Assembly (NCBI GenBank): GCA_030265965.1
Contig: JAJDHA010000001.1
Coordinates: 1-63,393 of the forward strand
Length of the DNA stretch: 63,393 bases
Reading direction: 5' to 3'
From: Odoribacter sp. OttesenSCG-928-L07
Lineage (GTDB): Bacteria > Bacteroidota > Bacteroidia > Bacteroidales > BM520
The notes beneath the pieces are model-generated. The model ran no database searches and had not been told where the DNA came from. It worked only from the letters and a program-made list of their open reading frames with translations. Positions 39,474 through 50,929 of this stretch are shown in pieces. The position numbers and the translations under genes are program-made. Every line of letters starts with the position of its first letter. Within the stretch, counting starts at the first letter, position 1.

Positions 39474-40082
39474 ATGATTAAGAAGATCTCTATTCTAATA
39501 ATTTTATTTTTATTTTCATTGCAGATATTTTCTCAAGAGTTAGGTAACAAGATGAGATATAGCGGTTATGCCGGAGGAATGATGATAAATACAGGGTACC
39601 TTTTTGGGGGTAACTACACTTTGAATGGCAATTCGGGATCAATTAACGGAGTTCCTTTCGGAATTGGAGGCGCAATGAAGTTTTGTTTCGGGAAACATCT
39701 TCGTGTCGGATTCGAAGGATATACAACAACTTTATCATACAATGATAACGGAAGCTCAGTTAGTCTCGGTTGGGGCGGTGTTCTTGCCGATTGTAAATGG
39801 GATTTTGAAAAGATAACTTTATTTGTCGGAATAACTTTCGGTGGCGGTAGTTATAAGCATATTCTTAATACAGAAATTCAATATAATCAAGAAAATACAT
39901 ATTATTTGAGAAAAACTCCTGTGATGGTCGGAGTTCCATTCATTGGAATAGAATACGCCCCAACAAAAAGAATGCGCCTGACAGCAAAAATTGATATGGT
40001 TACATATCTTTCTCCTTGGAAAAATGATTTTGTAAACGGACCAAGACTTTATTTGGGGTTTTTGTTTGCTCGAAAAAAATAA
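39474..40082 (+). CDS. Hypothetical small outer-membrane beta-barrel
   Basis: Signal peptide, Gly/aromatic strands, C-terminal GPRLYLGFLF. Confidence 0.6.
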   Translation: MIKKISILIILFLFSLQIFSQELGNKMRYSGYAGGMMINTGYLFGGNYTLNGNSGSINGVPFGIGGAMKFCFGKHLRVGFEGYTTTLSYNDNGSSVSLGWGGVLADCKWDFEKITLFVGITFGGGSYKHILNTEIQYNQENTYYLRKTPVMVGVPFIGIEYAPTKRMRLTAKIDMVTYLSPWKNDFVNGPRLYLGFLFARKK

Positions 40083-40177
40083 TTGAAAATAGGAGCATTA
40101 TATATGACTCACAATACAACAACATAATATAAAATAGAAAATTTAAGGTTATCTTTGTGCATCCAAATGCAATTAAT

Positions 40178-42370
40178 ATGAGATTAAAACTATTATTTCT
40201 TATTTTTCTTTTTACTGTAACATTCTCTGTTAATGCTCAAATAACAATTGTAAAAAACGGCATTCCTAAATCGCATATTGTTGTGAATAACAATAATGAG
40301 CACAATATGGAAGCAGCAATTTTATTACAAGATTTTATCATTAGAATAAGTGGAACAAATCTGCAAATTATTAATAATTCAACTCCAAATAAAGGCGATA
40401 TAGCAATCGGATTTGGAAATATTGACGGATTAACGGAAGATGGGTTTCGTTTGGAAACGAAAAAAGGAATTCTATACATAAGTAGCGGCGGCGACAAAGG
40501 AGCTATTTACGGTGTAGTTACATTGTTGGAAAATCATCTTGGAGTTTCGTATTATGCAAGTAATACTTACACATTAAACAAAAGTAAAACGATAATAATT
40601 CCGGAACTTAACAGCGCAGAAAATCCTGCTTTTCGATACAGACAAACTCAAAATTACGCTATTGAAGAAGATAGTATTTTCAAATATTGGTTTCGCTTCG
40701 AAAAACCAAAAGAGGTTTTTGCAAATAATTTGTGGGTTCATACATTCAACGATTTGCTCCCATCTTCAAAATACGGAGCAACAAATCCGGAGTATTATTC
40801 TTTTATTAATGGAGAACATCGTCCCGGAAGACATAGTCAATGGTGTTTGACAAATCCGGATGTTTTTGAAATTGTTTCTCAAAAAATAGATTCAATATTT
40901 AAAGCGAATCCCGATAAAAATATTATTTCAGTTAGTCAAAACGACGGAAATAATACTAATTGTACTTGTCCTAAATGTAAAGCGCTCGATGAATATGAAG
41001 GCAGTCCGTCGGGAACAATAATTCATTTTGTGAATAAACTGGCAGAACGCTTCCCTGATAAAGAAATTTCCACACTTGCTTATGTTTATACGATGCATCC
41101 GCCGAAACATGTAAAGCCTTTACCAAATGTAAATATAATGCTGTGTAATATTGATTGCACACGAGAAGTTCCTTTAACAGATAATGCTTCTGGACAAGAA
41201 TTTATGAAAGCATTAAACGCTTGGTCGGCAATAAGTAATAATATTTTTATTTGGGATTATGGGATTAATTTTGATAATTATGTGTCGCCTTTCCCAAATT
41301 TTCATATCATTCAAAAAAATATTCAAATATTTAAAGAGCATAATGCAACAATGCATTTTTCGCAAACCGGAGGAGTAAAAGGTGGTGATTTTTCTGAAAT
41401 GCGTGCGTATATTATAAGTAAATTAATGTGGAATCCTTACTTAAATGCTGATTCTCTGATGCGAACATTTTTGAATGGATATTATGGAGCAGCAGCGCCA
41501 TACATTTATCAATATGAAAAAATGTTGGAAGGAGCTTTGCTGGCAAGTAAAAAGCCATTACGACTGTACGATACGCCTGTAACTCATAAAGACGGAATGT
41601 TAAATGCAAATTGTTTAAAACATTATAACGAGCTTTTCGATAAGGCTGAACAAGCTGTTGCAGATGATACTGTGTTATTAAACAGAGTGCAATTGTCACG
41701 ATTGCCAATTCAGTATGCGGAATTGGAAATTGCAAGAGTTGAAGGAAATTACAACAAGGGAATTATTAAATCTAAACTATTGCTATTTAATGAAAGAACA
41801 AGCAAGTTTGGAGTGAAAACATTAAATGAAAAAGTGTATCCTCCGGCAGAATATTGTCAAATATATTCTGACCGATATTTATCTGATGATATTGATAATC
41901 TTGCAAAAGATGCAAAGATTATTTGGATTACCGAGCCTTACGGTCATTATAAAGATTTGGGAGAAACAGCTTTGACCGACGGACTTTTGGGCGGTACGAG
42001 TTTTAATGAAAGTTGGGTTGGTTGGCTTGGAATAGATGGCATTTGGGTATTAGATTTGGGTGAAGAAAAGGAAATATCATCAATTGAAGGCGATTTTTTA
42101 CATCATTTAGGTGCATGGATATTTTTACCGTCAAAAGTGACATATTCAACCTCTTGCGATAATATTACCTACGAAAAATTCGGAGAAGAGTCTTTGGATG
42201 AAGATAAAAATATGAGAATAAAATTTGTAGGCGTAAAATGTACTGCGCCGGAAAAAGTATCTGCCAGATATATCAAGATAGAAGCCGAAAGCATAAAAAG
42301 ATGTCCCGATTGGCATTACGGAATCGGATACGATGCATGGTTTTTTATTGACGAGATAACAGTACAATAA
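40178..42370 (+). CDS. DUF4838-domain putative glycoside hydrolase with C-terminal F5/8-like module
   Basis: GAIYGV..LLE..LG, PAFRYR, QWCLTNP, SQNDG, STLAY, IWDY; C-terminal LTDG...DLG...FIDEI. Confidence 0.75.
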   Translation: MRLKLLFLIFLFTVTFSVNAQITIVKNGIPKSHIVVNNNNEHNMEAAILLQDFIIRISGTNLQIINNSTPNKGDIAIGFGNIDGLTEDGFRLETKKGILYISSGGDKGAIYGVVTLLENHLGVSYYASNTYTLNKSKTIIIPELNSAENPAFRYRQTQNYAIEEDSIFKYWFRFEKPKEVFANNLWVHTFNDLLPSSKYGATNPEYYSFINGEHRPGRHSQWCLTNPDVFEIVSQKIDSIFKANPDKNIISVSQNDGNNTNCTCPKCKALDEYEGSPSGTIIHFVNKLAERFPDKEISTLAYVYTMHPPKHVKPLPNVNIMLCNIDCTREVPLTDNASGQEFMKALNAWSAISNNIFIWDYGINFDNYVSPFPNFHIIQKNIQIFKEHNATMHFSQTGGVKGGDFSEMRAYIISKLMWNPYLNADSLMRTFLNGYYGAAAPYIYQYEKMLEGALLASKKPLRLYDTPVTHKDGMLNANCLKHYNELFDKAEQAVADDTVLLNRVQLSRLPIQYAELEIARVEGNYNKGIIKSKLLLFNERTSKFGVKTLNEKVYPPAEYCQIYSDRYLSDDIDNLAKDAKIIWITEPYGHYKDLGETALTDGLLGGTSFNESWVGWLGIDGIWVLDLGEEKEISSIEGDFLHHLGAWIFLPSKVTYSTSCDNITYEKFGEESLDEDKNMRIKFVGVKCTAPEKVSARYIKIEAESIKRCPDWHYGIGYDAWFFIDEITVQ

Positions 42371-42396
42371 ACAATCAGTCGGTTGTACGTCTTTTC

Positions 42397-44862
42397 TTAT
42401 TTTTCTTCTAACTTATCTGAAATCAACTTCTGTACTTTCTCACGCATCTGAATGTAACTTTCGTTAACTTGCGGATAAATTGGTTCTAAAAATTCAATTG
42501 AAACTCTTGTTCCAAAACGTGGAAGAAAGCTTTTAATAACGGCAACATTTGTACCTTTAGTAACAATAGGAACAACAGGAATTTTTAATTCAGTACTCAA
42601 AATGGCAAACAAATCTTTGAAATCATTCATGCCGGTTTTAGATCGTGTGCCTTCAGGGTATATAGCTACATTTTTGTTGTTTGATAATACATACATCAAT
42701 TTTTGTAAAGACTCCCTCAGGTTCGAATTAATATCCATTAAGATTATATTATTTCTATTTGCCAGAAACTTCATGAAAAAATTCTTGAAATGTTTATTTT
42801 TAGCAAAGAAATAAGTTTTCTTTCTAACTTGTTTTTTCAATTGAGTAAATAGAACAACTCCATCGAGCATACTTTGATGGTTAGAAACAAAGATGCAAGT
42901 TTCTTCAGGAATATTTTCTTTACCGGTACTTTTGAATTTATAGCAAATATTTATTAACCCGCGGCAAATTCCCATGAGAAAACTGTTTAGAGCGCCGGCA
43001 CGAGGTAACTTTATCGGTGGAATATCGGAGGATAAAATATCTTTCCATGACAAATCTTCGTTTTGTAAATTAATAGTATTGTTGCTTTCCTCAACAAATG
43101 CGCTCATTTTAGCTAAAGTATCAAGAACTTCAATATCCTTTTCATTTAAACTGACTCCGAAATTAGTTTCAACAAAAGCCATTAAAGCAATTCGTGTCAA
43201 TGAATCCATTCCGAGATCAATTTCAAAATGATCGTTTGCTTTTGGAGTTTTTCCAGTTTCTTTTGCAATGAAATTTCTTAAAAGAATATATTGTTCACTT
43301 TTGCCGGAATCACTTTCAACGGTGTTATCTTCTACAACTTCAATAAGATCTGCAAACTTAAATCGTTGCAATTTTCCAAGTCGATTCTTTGGCAACTCGG
43401 TTGATATTATATGATATTGTTTTATTCTTTTGTATTGTGATACAGAAGAGTTGAAGTTAATAATATCTTGTTTTATTAATGAATTTATATCACCTAAGGA
43501 AGTCTCTCTAATTTCTTCCATTTCAGGAATAATTAATGCTTGTAAAATTCCTTCATGCATAAAAACTCCGATTTCTTTAGTGTATGGCGACATGCTCATA
43601 AACTTTCTTTCTAACTCTTCAGGAATAATATTCTTACCATTAGATGTAACAATAATTTCTTTTATTCTTCCCGTTAACTTTACGCCGTACTTGTCGATAA
43701 TTCCCAAATCGCCGGTATGTAACCATCCGTCAATAATCACTTCTGCTGTTTCTTCCGGTCGATTGTAATAACCTTGCATAACATTATCGCCTTTAACACA
43801 TATTTCCCCGTCGATTGATTTTACTTCGGCTCCATCCAAAGGTAATCCGGCATATCCGAGTTTCCATTTTTCCGGATGAGTAAAGCTAATCATTGGTGAA
43901 GTTTCAGTCATTCCATAACCATCGAGAATTTCAAATCCCAATGTTTTAAAAATTTTGCCTGTTTCTATAGACAAAGCAGCGCCTCCTGAAACAAGATATT
44001 TCAAATGTCCGCCGAACTTTTTATGAACGGAAGAAAAGAGCATATTAGAAAGTCCTCTTATCTGAAGACCGGCAGCGATTTTATAAATAATCTTTGTTAT
44101 TAACTTGGCATTAATCTTATCCATAACACCTTTAGCCAATAAAGCATACAAACGCGGAACTCCTATAATTAAATTAATCTTTCCCTTATTTAAGGTTTTT
44201 ATAATACTTTCGCTATTCATTCCTTCGGCAATAAAAATACTTTCACCGATGTATAATGGAGCCATTAACGAACCCAAAAGAGGAAAAACATGATGCAACG
44301 GCAACAAAATCATCATGGTTCGTTCTTCTGTGATAATGGGCACTTGCTTACAAACTGCATTCAGATTGAAAAGAATATTTTTGTATGAAAGCATCACTCC
44401 TTTCGATGTTCCTGTTGTTCCTGAGGTATAGATTATCAAGGCTGTTTTTTCAATATCTTCAATCAAAAAATCAATTATTGGAAGTGTGTGAACTTCAGAA
44501 ACATCAATATCTTTTGCTGTGATTAGTTTAGCTGTAAGTTTTTCTTCGTTAACAATTATGGAAAGACTTTCCTTTTTTTCTTCTGATGAGAAGATAATGT
44601 CAGGGTTACAATCTTTTAATATGTAAGCAATTTCGTCGGGAGTAGATTGTACATCAATAGGAATTGCAATTGCATTTGTGCGCAATGCGCCATAGAAAGC
44701 ATACACCCATTCTAAAGAGTTTTCGCCAATAATACATATTCTTTCTACATTATCATTTTTTGCAAAAGCTTCGGCGTAAGCCAATGAGTATTGCAATAAT
44801 TGCGAATATGTGATGTCTGTGTCTTTATATGATAAAGCTAATTTTTCGCTTTGTTTTAACAT
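42397..44862 (-). CDS. Acyl-CoA/ACP synthetase - ACP - acyltransferase fusion
   Basis: YTSGTTGTSKG, GYGMTE, WLHTGD; carrier motif DLGMDSL; PlsC motifs NHQSMLD and PEGTRS. Confidence 0.88.
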   Translation of the reverse strand: MLKQSEKLALSYKDTDITYSQLLQYSLAYAEAFAKNDNVERICIIGENSLEWVYAFYGALRTNAIAIPIDVQSTPDEIAYILKDCNPDIIFSSEEKKESLSIIVNEEKLTAKLITAKDIDVSEVHTLPIIDFLIEDIEKTALIIYTSGTTGTSKGVMLSYKNILFNLNAVCKQVPIITEERTMMILLPLHHVFPLLGSLMAPLYIGESIFIAEGMNSESIIKTLNKGKINLIIGVPRLYALLAKGVMDKINAKLITKIIYKIAAGLQIRGLSNMLFSSVHKKFGGHLKYLVSGGAALSIETGKIFKTLGFEILDGYGMTETSPMISFTHPEKWKLGYAGLPLDGAEVKSIDGEICVKGDNVMQGYYNRPEETAEVIIDGWLHTGDLGIIDKYGVKLTGRIKEIIVTSNGKNIIPEELERKFMSMSPYTKEIGVFMHEGILQALIIPEMEEIRETSLGDINSLIKQDIINFNSSVSQYKRIKQYHIISTELPKNRLGKLQRFKFADLIEVVEDNTVESDSGKSEQYILLRNFIAKETGKTPKANDHFEIDLGMDSLTRIALMAFVETNFGVSLNEKDIEVLDTLAKMSAFVEESNNTINLQNEDLSWKDILSSDIPPIKLPRAGALNSFLMGICRGLINICYKFKSTGKENIPEETCIFVSNHQSMLDGVVLFTQLKKQVRKKTYFFAKNKHFKNFFMKFLANRNNIILMDINSNLRESLQKLMYVLSNNKNVAIYPEGTRSKTGMNDFKDLFAILSTELKIPVVPIVTKGTNVAVIKSFLPRFGTRVSIEFLEPIYPQVNESYIQMREKVQKLISDKLEEK

Positions 44863-44873
44863 GTTTGATTATT

Positions 44874-47800
44874 TTAATTTTTACGTTTAACGCTGATTTT
44901 AACGGCATCTGAATGGCCGCCGAATTCCGGAGCATACATACATTGAATTTTAGAAATACCGCCGGTAAAGTTACCGCTTTGTTGAATATTAACTTTGTAT
45001 TCAATTATATGTGTGCCTTTTGGTAAATATTCTATAAAGAAATTCATCGAATCGTCTTTGATACTTGTATAATACAATAAATTTCCGGCAAAAGAATAAC
45101 CTGAAAGTTTTTGTTCGGGGATGAAACAGGCCGGCAATACGTCTTTCAAATGAACATACTCGTATTCTCTATCACTTGTAATTACCATTCTTACAACAAT
45201 TTTATCTGTATTGTTAATTTCTTCGCCTTTCTTTATTTCGGTATAACTTATTGGTTGACCGTCGTAAGAAGATTTTAATATTTTCCTATCAACAGACAAT
45301 CCTGCCGCTGCCGAACTTACATTTTCATAATCGGTAGTATATTGCCAATACATTGCGCCCCAAGCTGTACCTTCGTTTTCTTTCTCAATTGAAATTTCCG
45401 CAAAGTCTTTGGAAATTTGTGCTGCCGGATAAGTTTCCTTAATGTATCCCGCTCCGGCGCTCGCTTTTGAAAATTCAACAGAATGATTTCCAATCATAAT
45501 CTTATCATTACTTTTAATCATAATCTCTGATGAATTATCCAACAAAAGTGCGAATATCGCTTTACTTGTAGCAGGACCACTTTGCCATGAATTTGTGCGT
45601 TTCTGATTTAACAACCATCTTTGCATCTCGGAAATAGATTTGCTGTCGCTGGAAATAGTATGATAACATTCGATTAACGCCGCCATAGTAACAATCGATG
45701 AACTGTAAGTGAAAGTCTTTTGCATATCTCGCCAATACATTCCTAACTCGGCGCTGTGTAATGCTCTTTCATTTAATGATTGCAAAATAAGACTTGCAGC
45801 TTTTCTGTTGTTAGTATTATGTAAGGTCGTTGCAATCATAGCTTGCATTTCTAATCCGTGAACATTCCAATTTTTTTCAAGATGCGACATAAAAAATTCA
45901 TAAGCTTGTGTATTGTCTTTTGAAACCGGATTGTTTTTTACAAAAATGTGACGAGCGTATAAATATTTAATAACATCAGAAGAAATAACATATTTATCCA
46001 AAGATTTATTCTTTTCTAAATTATTGTATGTTTTGGTAATTTCAGAATCAATATAATTCAAAGCAGGTGTTAATATCATTCTCAATTCATTGGAATATTC
46101 TACAATATTCAAAGAATAAAGATTTGCAAATCCTGTGATAATATTAAGAGTGATATAATAACTCGGATAACTACCATTTTCTATCCAAGTGAAAGCGCCG
46201 GAAGCATGTTGCATGTTTTTTAACTTGCTGAACATTGCGTTTTTCGTATAACTTATATTGTTTTTATCAAACAATAAAGCCATTCTTTCTCTTTGCAATT
46301 CTTCATTTTCTGCGTCCAAAACCCATGGTGTTTCTGAAAGAAGAATATTCTTCAATTCTTGATTTTGTGCTAATTGAGATGCAAAACTTTCAGGATTTGT
46401 TGCTTTAACTTGTTCGTAAATTTCTTGAATTTCCGGATTGTTTTTAACAATATGTTCAGCAATTAGATTTGAATACAACTTGTTGAAAACAGTCAAAGAG
46501 AATATTTCATCACCTTCAGATAAGAATGGTAACGATTGAACTGCGTACCAAATCGGATTAGCAGAATATTCGAAAGTTATTGATTGTGTTGAATATTTCG
46601 AATCGCTGTATTTCTTATTAAATCCATCAAAAGTAAATTTATTCAAACCTTTCTTGTTAATTGTAAGAGGTAACGATTCTGTTATCAGAATCTTTGTTGT
46701 TAACACAGGAATAATATGTTCTTCGACATCTTTATGTGAAGTTGTTTCAGCTCCGCAACGGATTTTTAGTAATCCTGCGTTTTCAGGAACGATTAATCTC
46801 CAACTTACATAAGAAGACGAGTTTTCATTAACATTAAAATGTGTTGTACTCACATCAACAACTTCTTTTGTAATATCTTTCCCGAATAAATCATAAACCT
46901 CTATAAATGCGCTTCCATAATGACTTTCGGTTGATAAGTTGGAAATTCTTGCACTATATTCAATTACATCTTTTTCGTATAATACTTTCGGCGTATTTGC
47001 TTGAATAAAAATATCCTTCTTGGAAATTATCTCAGTTTCAAAATATCCTGTCGACAAATCTTTTGTATGTGCCCAAGCTCTAAATTTCCATTTTGTCATA
47101 CTCTCAGGAACAAGAAATTCAAATTCAACATTGCCGTCTTTATTAACTTTCAGTTGAGGATAGAAGAATGCTGTTTCTTTAAAATCACGACGAATACTTT
47201 GAGTTTGGTCTTTATCTGTTTCGGAATCTTGGCTTGGCATTGATTCATCACGAACATCCAACATTGTGTCATCATTACCTTCAACTTCGTAATTATTAAT
47301 CATATCAGAGCTAAGAACCATTTCTTCTAGAACAACATCTCCTTTAGCAGATGACGACCTTTCTTTGTACATAATATTTTGATTTCTCGGAACTCCTCCA
47401 AAATAAATCGGGTAATACATATCCATCAAATTGAAATCATCATATTCTCTAGTCTCAATCTTTTTCGTATCAAAAACATAAGGATTTAATGTCCACTGGC
47501 GTGATAAATGATTAATATTACTGAATGAAAAACTATATTTCGACTTTGCTGAACGTGAGAAATTAAAACGCGGATTACTTTCTTTTGTAAAATAATCTAA
47601 CGACATATCGTACATTGTTGCAAGAAGTTCCGCATCAACAATATTGTTTTTGTAATCTCTTAAAGAAAGCGACCATTTTTCAGTAGTATTTGGAGTAATA
47701 AAACTTCTTTCGGTTAATAATTTAATATCAAGATTTTTATTATCAAAAGGTACTTCAATGTTTAATGATTTATTATATGATCTATTGTTGAACGCAGCGC

Positions 47801-50800
47801 CGGCAATAATTTTAATACTTCCTCTATCTTCTTCTTTTACATCAAAAGAAAGAACTTTCGTGCCGTTTAGACTTACAAAGTCATCATAAATAACTCGTTT
47901 CGGAGAATAAACAATTAAACGAATATTAGATTTCTTTTGTGATGAAGAAAGATAAATATCGAATTTATCTTCCGGTTTAGCTGAGGTTTTTGAAGTAAGC
48001 AAACTAATACCTTCTTGCGAGAAAACAGATTGTTTAGTTTTATCATAAGTACAGAAATAGAACTCTTTACTTACATCATTTCCAAACTTATCTTTAGTAG
48101 AAGCTTCAATAACATAATATCCTGCCGCAAGTTTTAAATCTTTAATATTAATTTTTCCGTCTGAATCATTAATTGTGGCAATTAAATTACCTTTTTCCCA
48201 ATCCTTGTATGAGTATTCGTTTTTGTAAGCATCTTTCGGAAGTTTATTTTTAAAATCTTTTTCCGAGTAGCTAAAAACATCCGGATTACTCGCCCATAAG
48301 CGCGGTCTAACAATATTTTCCGGTTCAGTAAGCTTATGAATCTTAACTTGAATATCGACTTTTATCGGTTCGTTATCTGTATTTGTTGTTTTAATTATAT
48401 ATTCATCCTCAACATATTCCGAATTATTAGAACTTAAAAAGACACTTTTGTTTGATATACGAAGTGAATAGCTTCCGGAAATTGTTTCGCCTGAATTATC
48501 TGTAACATCAACATTAATTGTGAAATAATATATTGGATCGATGAAATATGTTTTGTTTGTCGGACAAACTGCATTAAAACAAATTATTCCATTGCCATCT
48601 TCATCTAAGTTTAAAATTCCATTTGAAATAGCAACATTATTTGAACTGAAATATCTAAAATAAGAAACTCTTGAAATTGAATATTTTACATTTGCATTAT
48701 TTAGGGAAATTCCTGTTAATGATTTTGCGTTAACTTTCACACAAACTTCTTTATTGGCAATATTTTGTTCAGAAGTTTTCTCAAAGCTAATCTCAAAAGA
48801 AGGTCGTTTATATTCTTCTACTCTGAAATAAGTTGAATAATTACCATCAGTTATAGTATAAATTCCGGGTTTGCAATTATTTGGTAAAATAAATTCTCCG
48901 TTACAAGAACCAAACTCATTAGTTCTTAATTTGAAAGTTTGAAGATCTTTGTAATTATTATCTTTCAAAGAAATGTTCATAAGTTTATTAGGTTCTGCAG
49001 AGTAATTTTCCTCATAACCTTTGTGAGCAATAACCTTAAAGTAAACAGTTTGTCCCGGACGATAAATAGCTCTATCAATAAAGAATGACGACTGTTGTCT
49101 TTCATGACTGCTGTCTGTATATGTATTGCTGGAATTATCAAACAAAAACTTATCGCCATCTTTATTAATTACGATAGAATAAGAGTTGTAATAAGACGTT
49201 TTACCACTTAATTTTTTTAATTCATCTTTGTTGACAATTAACTTTCCTTTATCATTTGTTGATTTTTTATCAATAAGAATTTGTTTTTTATTATCGCCCC
49301 AACCATCAGTAAAATAGAATGATACTTCGCAATTTTTCAATGTTTGTCCGGAGTTTCTATCGCTAATAATTAATTCAAAATTATTTTCAGTATTTAAAAC
49401 CAGAGAATTAAGTTTTGTAACTTGGAAGGTTGCTAATGCAATTTTGTCTTCCTTTTTATTAAAAGTGTTTTTATTGCAAGTAATAACAACATAAGCGCCG
49501 TTTTTCAGAGGAGGTAAAATGATTTCAGTAGTGTGAGTTCTATAATCATTGCTTTTCGGAATATCTAATTTAAATTCTTCAACAGCTTGTTTAGACAGGA
49601 AAAGATCTAAATTTTTATCACTTTGTAGATTAGAATAAATGTTTTTACCAAAATATTCATTTTCAAAGTCTAAAGGAATTATTCTTACAAATATTTCTTC
49701 AATATTTTTATAGGATATACTTGCAGGGAAATATTCATTAGGATAATTATTTCCTACAACAGTTATGTTATTAATTTCTTGACTTTCAATTTCGTACATT
49801 AGATTATAACAACGTTTTCCACCGTTAGTTTCCGGAAATTGATCATATGCTTTTTTGCAATAAGCTAAAGAGTTAACAAGATAATCTTTGTATTCATCTG
49901 ATATCTCCGGATTGTATTCAAAAGCTTTTTGATAATAATAATTAGCAATTGTGTACATAATATCTGCCGCTGATTCGTGTTGCGCAAAATTTCTTTCCAA
50001 AGTAAAAAGCGCCTCAAGATATTTTTGTTCCTTATCATCAAACTCAGAGATATTGTTATAAACGAATTGTAATCTAAGAAGTTCAGCATCAACAAATGGA
50101 GTTGGATCATTTGCATGAAATTTCAATATATCTTGAAACAGTCTTACACCCATTTCAAGATAATCGTTAGTATTTTCAGGTAGAACTAATCTTAAGAAAG
50201 TATTATATGTTGAAAGATAATCTTGATTATTTAAAGTTTTGCCCAATAAATTATTTTCAAAATCCGAAAGAAATTCTAAAGCTCTGAACGCAAGAATATC
50301 ATATAAAGTTGGACGGAGTTTTCTGTTAGGATTTTCTTCTTTTTCCAAAATTACTTTGTAGTTTTCAATAGAGATATTTTGTAATTTTGAAGCGTTTTCA
50401 AGAGATTTTAAATAATAATCATAAGATTTCTCGAGTAAATTTTCTCTACTCCAAGTATTAATGTCGTCAGATTTTTCAGAGGTGTTGGCAAGATTTGCAA
50501 TTTTCCAATAATTGTTTTGCAAAAATTGAGTATATAGCTGAGCTGTAAGTGAATAATATATGTTCTTTTCCGGAAATTTGCTTTTAGTTAATATTTCTTC
50601 AAAATCATTTATAGAGTTTTGGAGAAAATCTTCAGCATATTGGGAAGAAATTTTAACTTTATAAATTGAAACAGCAATTAATTGTGAAGAATTATTTTCC
50701 TTTTTTGCTTGAGTTTCAATCTCGTTTATTATCTTTAATGCAGATTCGGGTAATTTTTTGTTGAAAAGTTCATCAACTTCATTCCATTTTTCCTTATAAT

Positions 50801-50873
50801 CAAATGGAGTTTGTGCGCATGCACCAAGCATTATTGCGTTTAACAATAAAATTATACAAAATCTTTTAGGCAT
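44874..50873 (-). CDS. Alpha-2-macroglobulin family protein
   Basis: DRAIYRPGQTVYFK, FRVEEYKRP, RRDFKETAFFYPQL, PESMTKWKF, QCMYAPEF. Confidence 0.9.
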   Translation of the reverse strand: MPKRFCIILLLNAIMLGACAQTPFDYKEKWNEVDELFNKKLPESALKIINEIETQAKKENNSSQLIAVSIYKVKISSQYAEDFLQNSINDFEEILTKSKFPEKNIYYSLTAQLYTQFLQNNYWKIANLANTSEKSDDINTWSRENLLEKSYDYYLKSLENASKLQNISIENYKVILEKEENPNRKLRPTLYDILAFRALEFLSDFENNLLGKTLNNQDYLSTYNTFLRLVLPENTNDYLEMGVRLFQDILKFHANDPTPFVDAELLRLQFVYNNISEFDDKEQKYLEALFTLERNFAQHESAADIMYTIANYYYQKAFEYNPEISDEYKDYLVNSLAYCKKAYDQFPETNGGKRCYNLMYEIESQEINNITVVGNNYPNEYFPASISYKNIEEIFVRIIPLDFENEYFGKNIYSNLQSDKNLDLFLSKQAVEEFKLDIPKSNDYRTHTTEIILPPLKNGAYVVITCNKNTFNKKEDKIALATFQVTKLNSLVLNTENNFELIISDRNSGQTLKNCEVSFYFTDGWGDNKKQILIDKKSTNDKGKLIVNKDELKKLSGKTSYYNSYSIVINKDGDKFLFDNSSNTYTDSSHERQQSSFFIDRAIYRPGQTVYFKVIAHKGYEENYSAEPNKLMNISLKDNNYKDLQTFKLRTNEFGSCNGEFILPNNCKPGIYTITDGNYSTYFRVEEYKRPSFEISFEKTSEQNIANKEVCVKVNAKSLTGISLNNANVKYSISRVSYFRYFSSNNVAISNGILNLDEDGNGIICFNAVCPTNKTYFIDPIYYFTINVDVTDNSGETISGSYSLRISNKSVFLSSNNSEYVEDEYIIKTTNTDNEPIKVDIQVKIHKLTEPENIVRPRLWASNPDVFSYSEKDFKNKLPKDAYKNEYSYKDWEKGNLIATINDSDGKINIKDLKLAAGYYVIEASTKDKFGNDVSKEFYFCTYDKTKQSVFSQEGISLLTSKTSAKPEDKFDIYLSSSQKKSNIRLIVYSPKRVIYDDFVSLNGTKVLSFDVKEEDRGSIKIIAGAAFNNRSYNKSLNIEVPFDNKNLDIKLLTERSFITPNTTEKWSLSLRDYKNNIVDAELLATMYDMSLDYFTKESNPRFNFSRSAKSKYSFSFSNINHLSRQWTLNPYVFDTKKIETREYDDFNLMDMYYPIYFGGVPRNQNIMYKERSSSAKGDVVLEEMVLSSDMINNYEVEGNDDTMLDVRDESMPSQDSETDKDQTQSIRRDFKETAFFYPQLKVNKDGNVEFEFLVPESMTKWKFRAWAHTKDLSTGYFETEIISKKDIFIQANTPKVLYEKDVIEYSARISNLSTESHYGSAFIEVYDLFGKDITKEVVDVSTTHFNVNENSSSYVSWRLIVPENAGLLKIRCGAETTSHKDVEEHIIPVLTTKILITESLPLTINKKGLNKFTFDGFNKKYSDSKYSTQSITFEYSANPIWYAVQSLPFLSEGDEIFSLTVFNKLYSNLIAEHIVKNNPEIQEIYEQVKATNPESFASQLAQNQELKNILLSETPWVLDAENEELQRERMALLFDKNNISYTKNAMFSKLKNMQHASGAFTWIENGSYPSYYITLNIITGFANLYSLNIVEYSNELRMILTPALNYIDSEITKTYNNLEKNKSLDKYVISSDVIKYLYARHIFVKNNPVSKDNTQAYEFFMSHLEKNWNVHGLEMQAMIATTLHNTNNRKAASLILQSLNERALHSAELGMYWRDMQKTFTYSSSIVTMAALIECYHTISSDSKSISEMQRWLLNQKRTNSWQSGPATSKAIFALLLDNSSEIMIKSNDKIMIGNHSVEFSKASAGAGYIKETYPAAQISKDFAEISIEKENEGTAWGAMYWQYTTDYENVSSAAAGLSVDRKILKSSYDGQPISYTEIKKGEEINNTDKIVVRMVITSDREYEYVHLKDVLPACFIPEQKLSGYSFAGNLLYYTSIKDDSMNFFIEYLPKGTHIIEYKVNIQQSGNFTGGISKIQCMYAPEFGGHSDAVKISVKRKN

Positions 50874-50929
50874 AATGGGTAGATTTAAATTAATAATTGA
50901 GGGAGCGGGATATCAAAAACCATTCCAAC

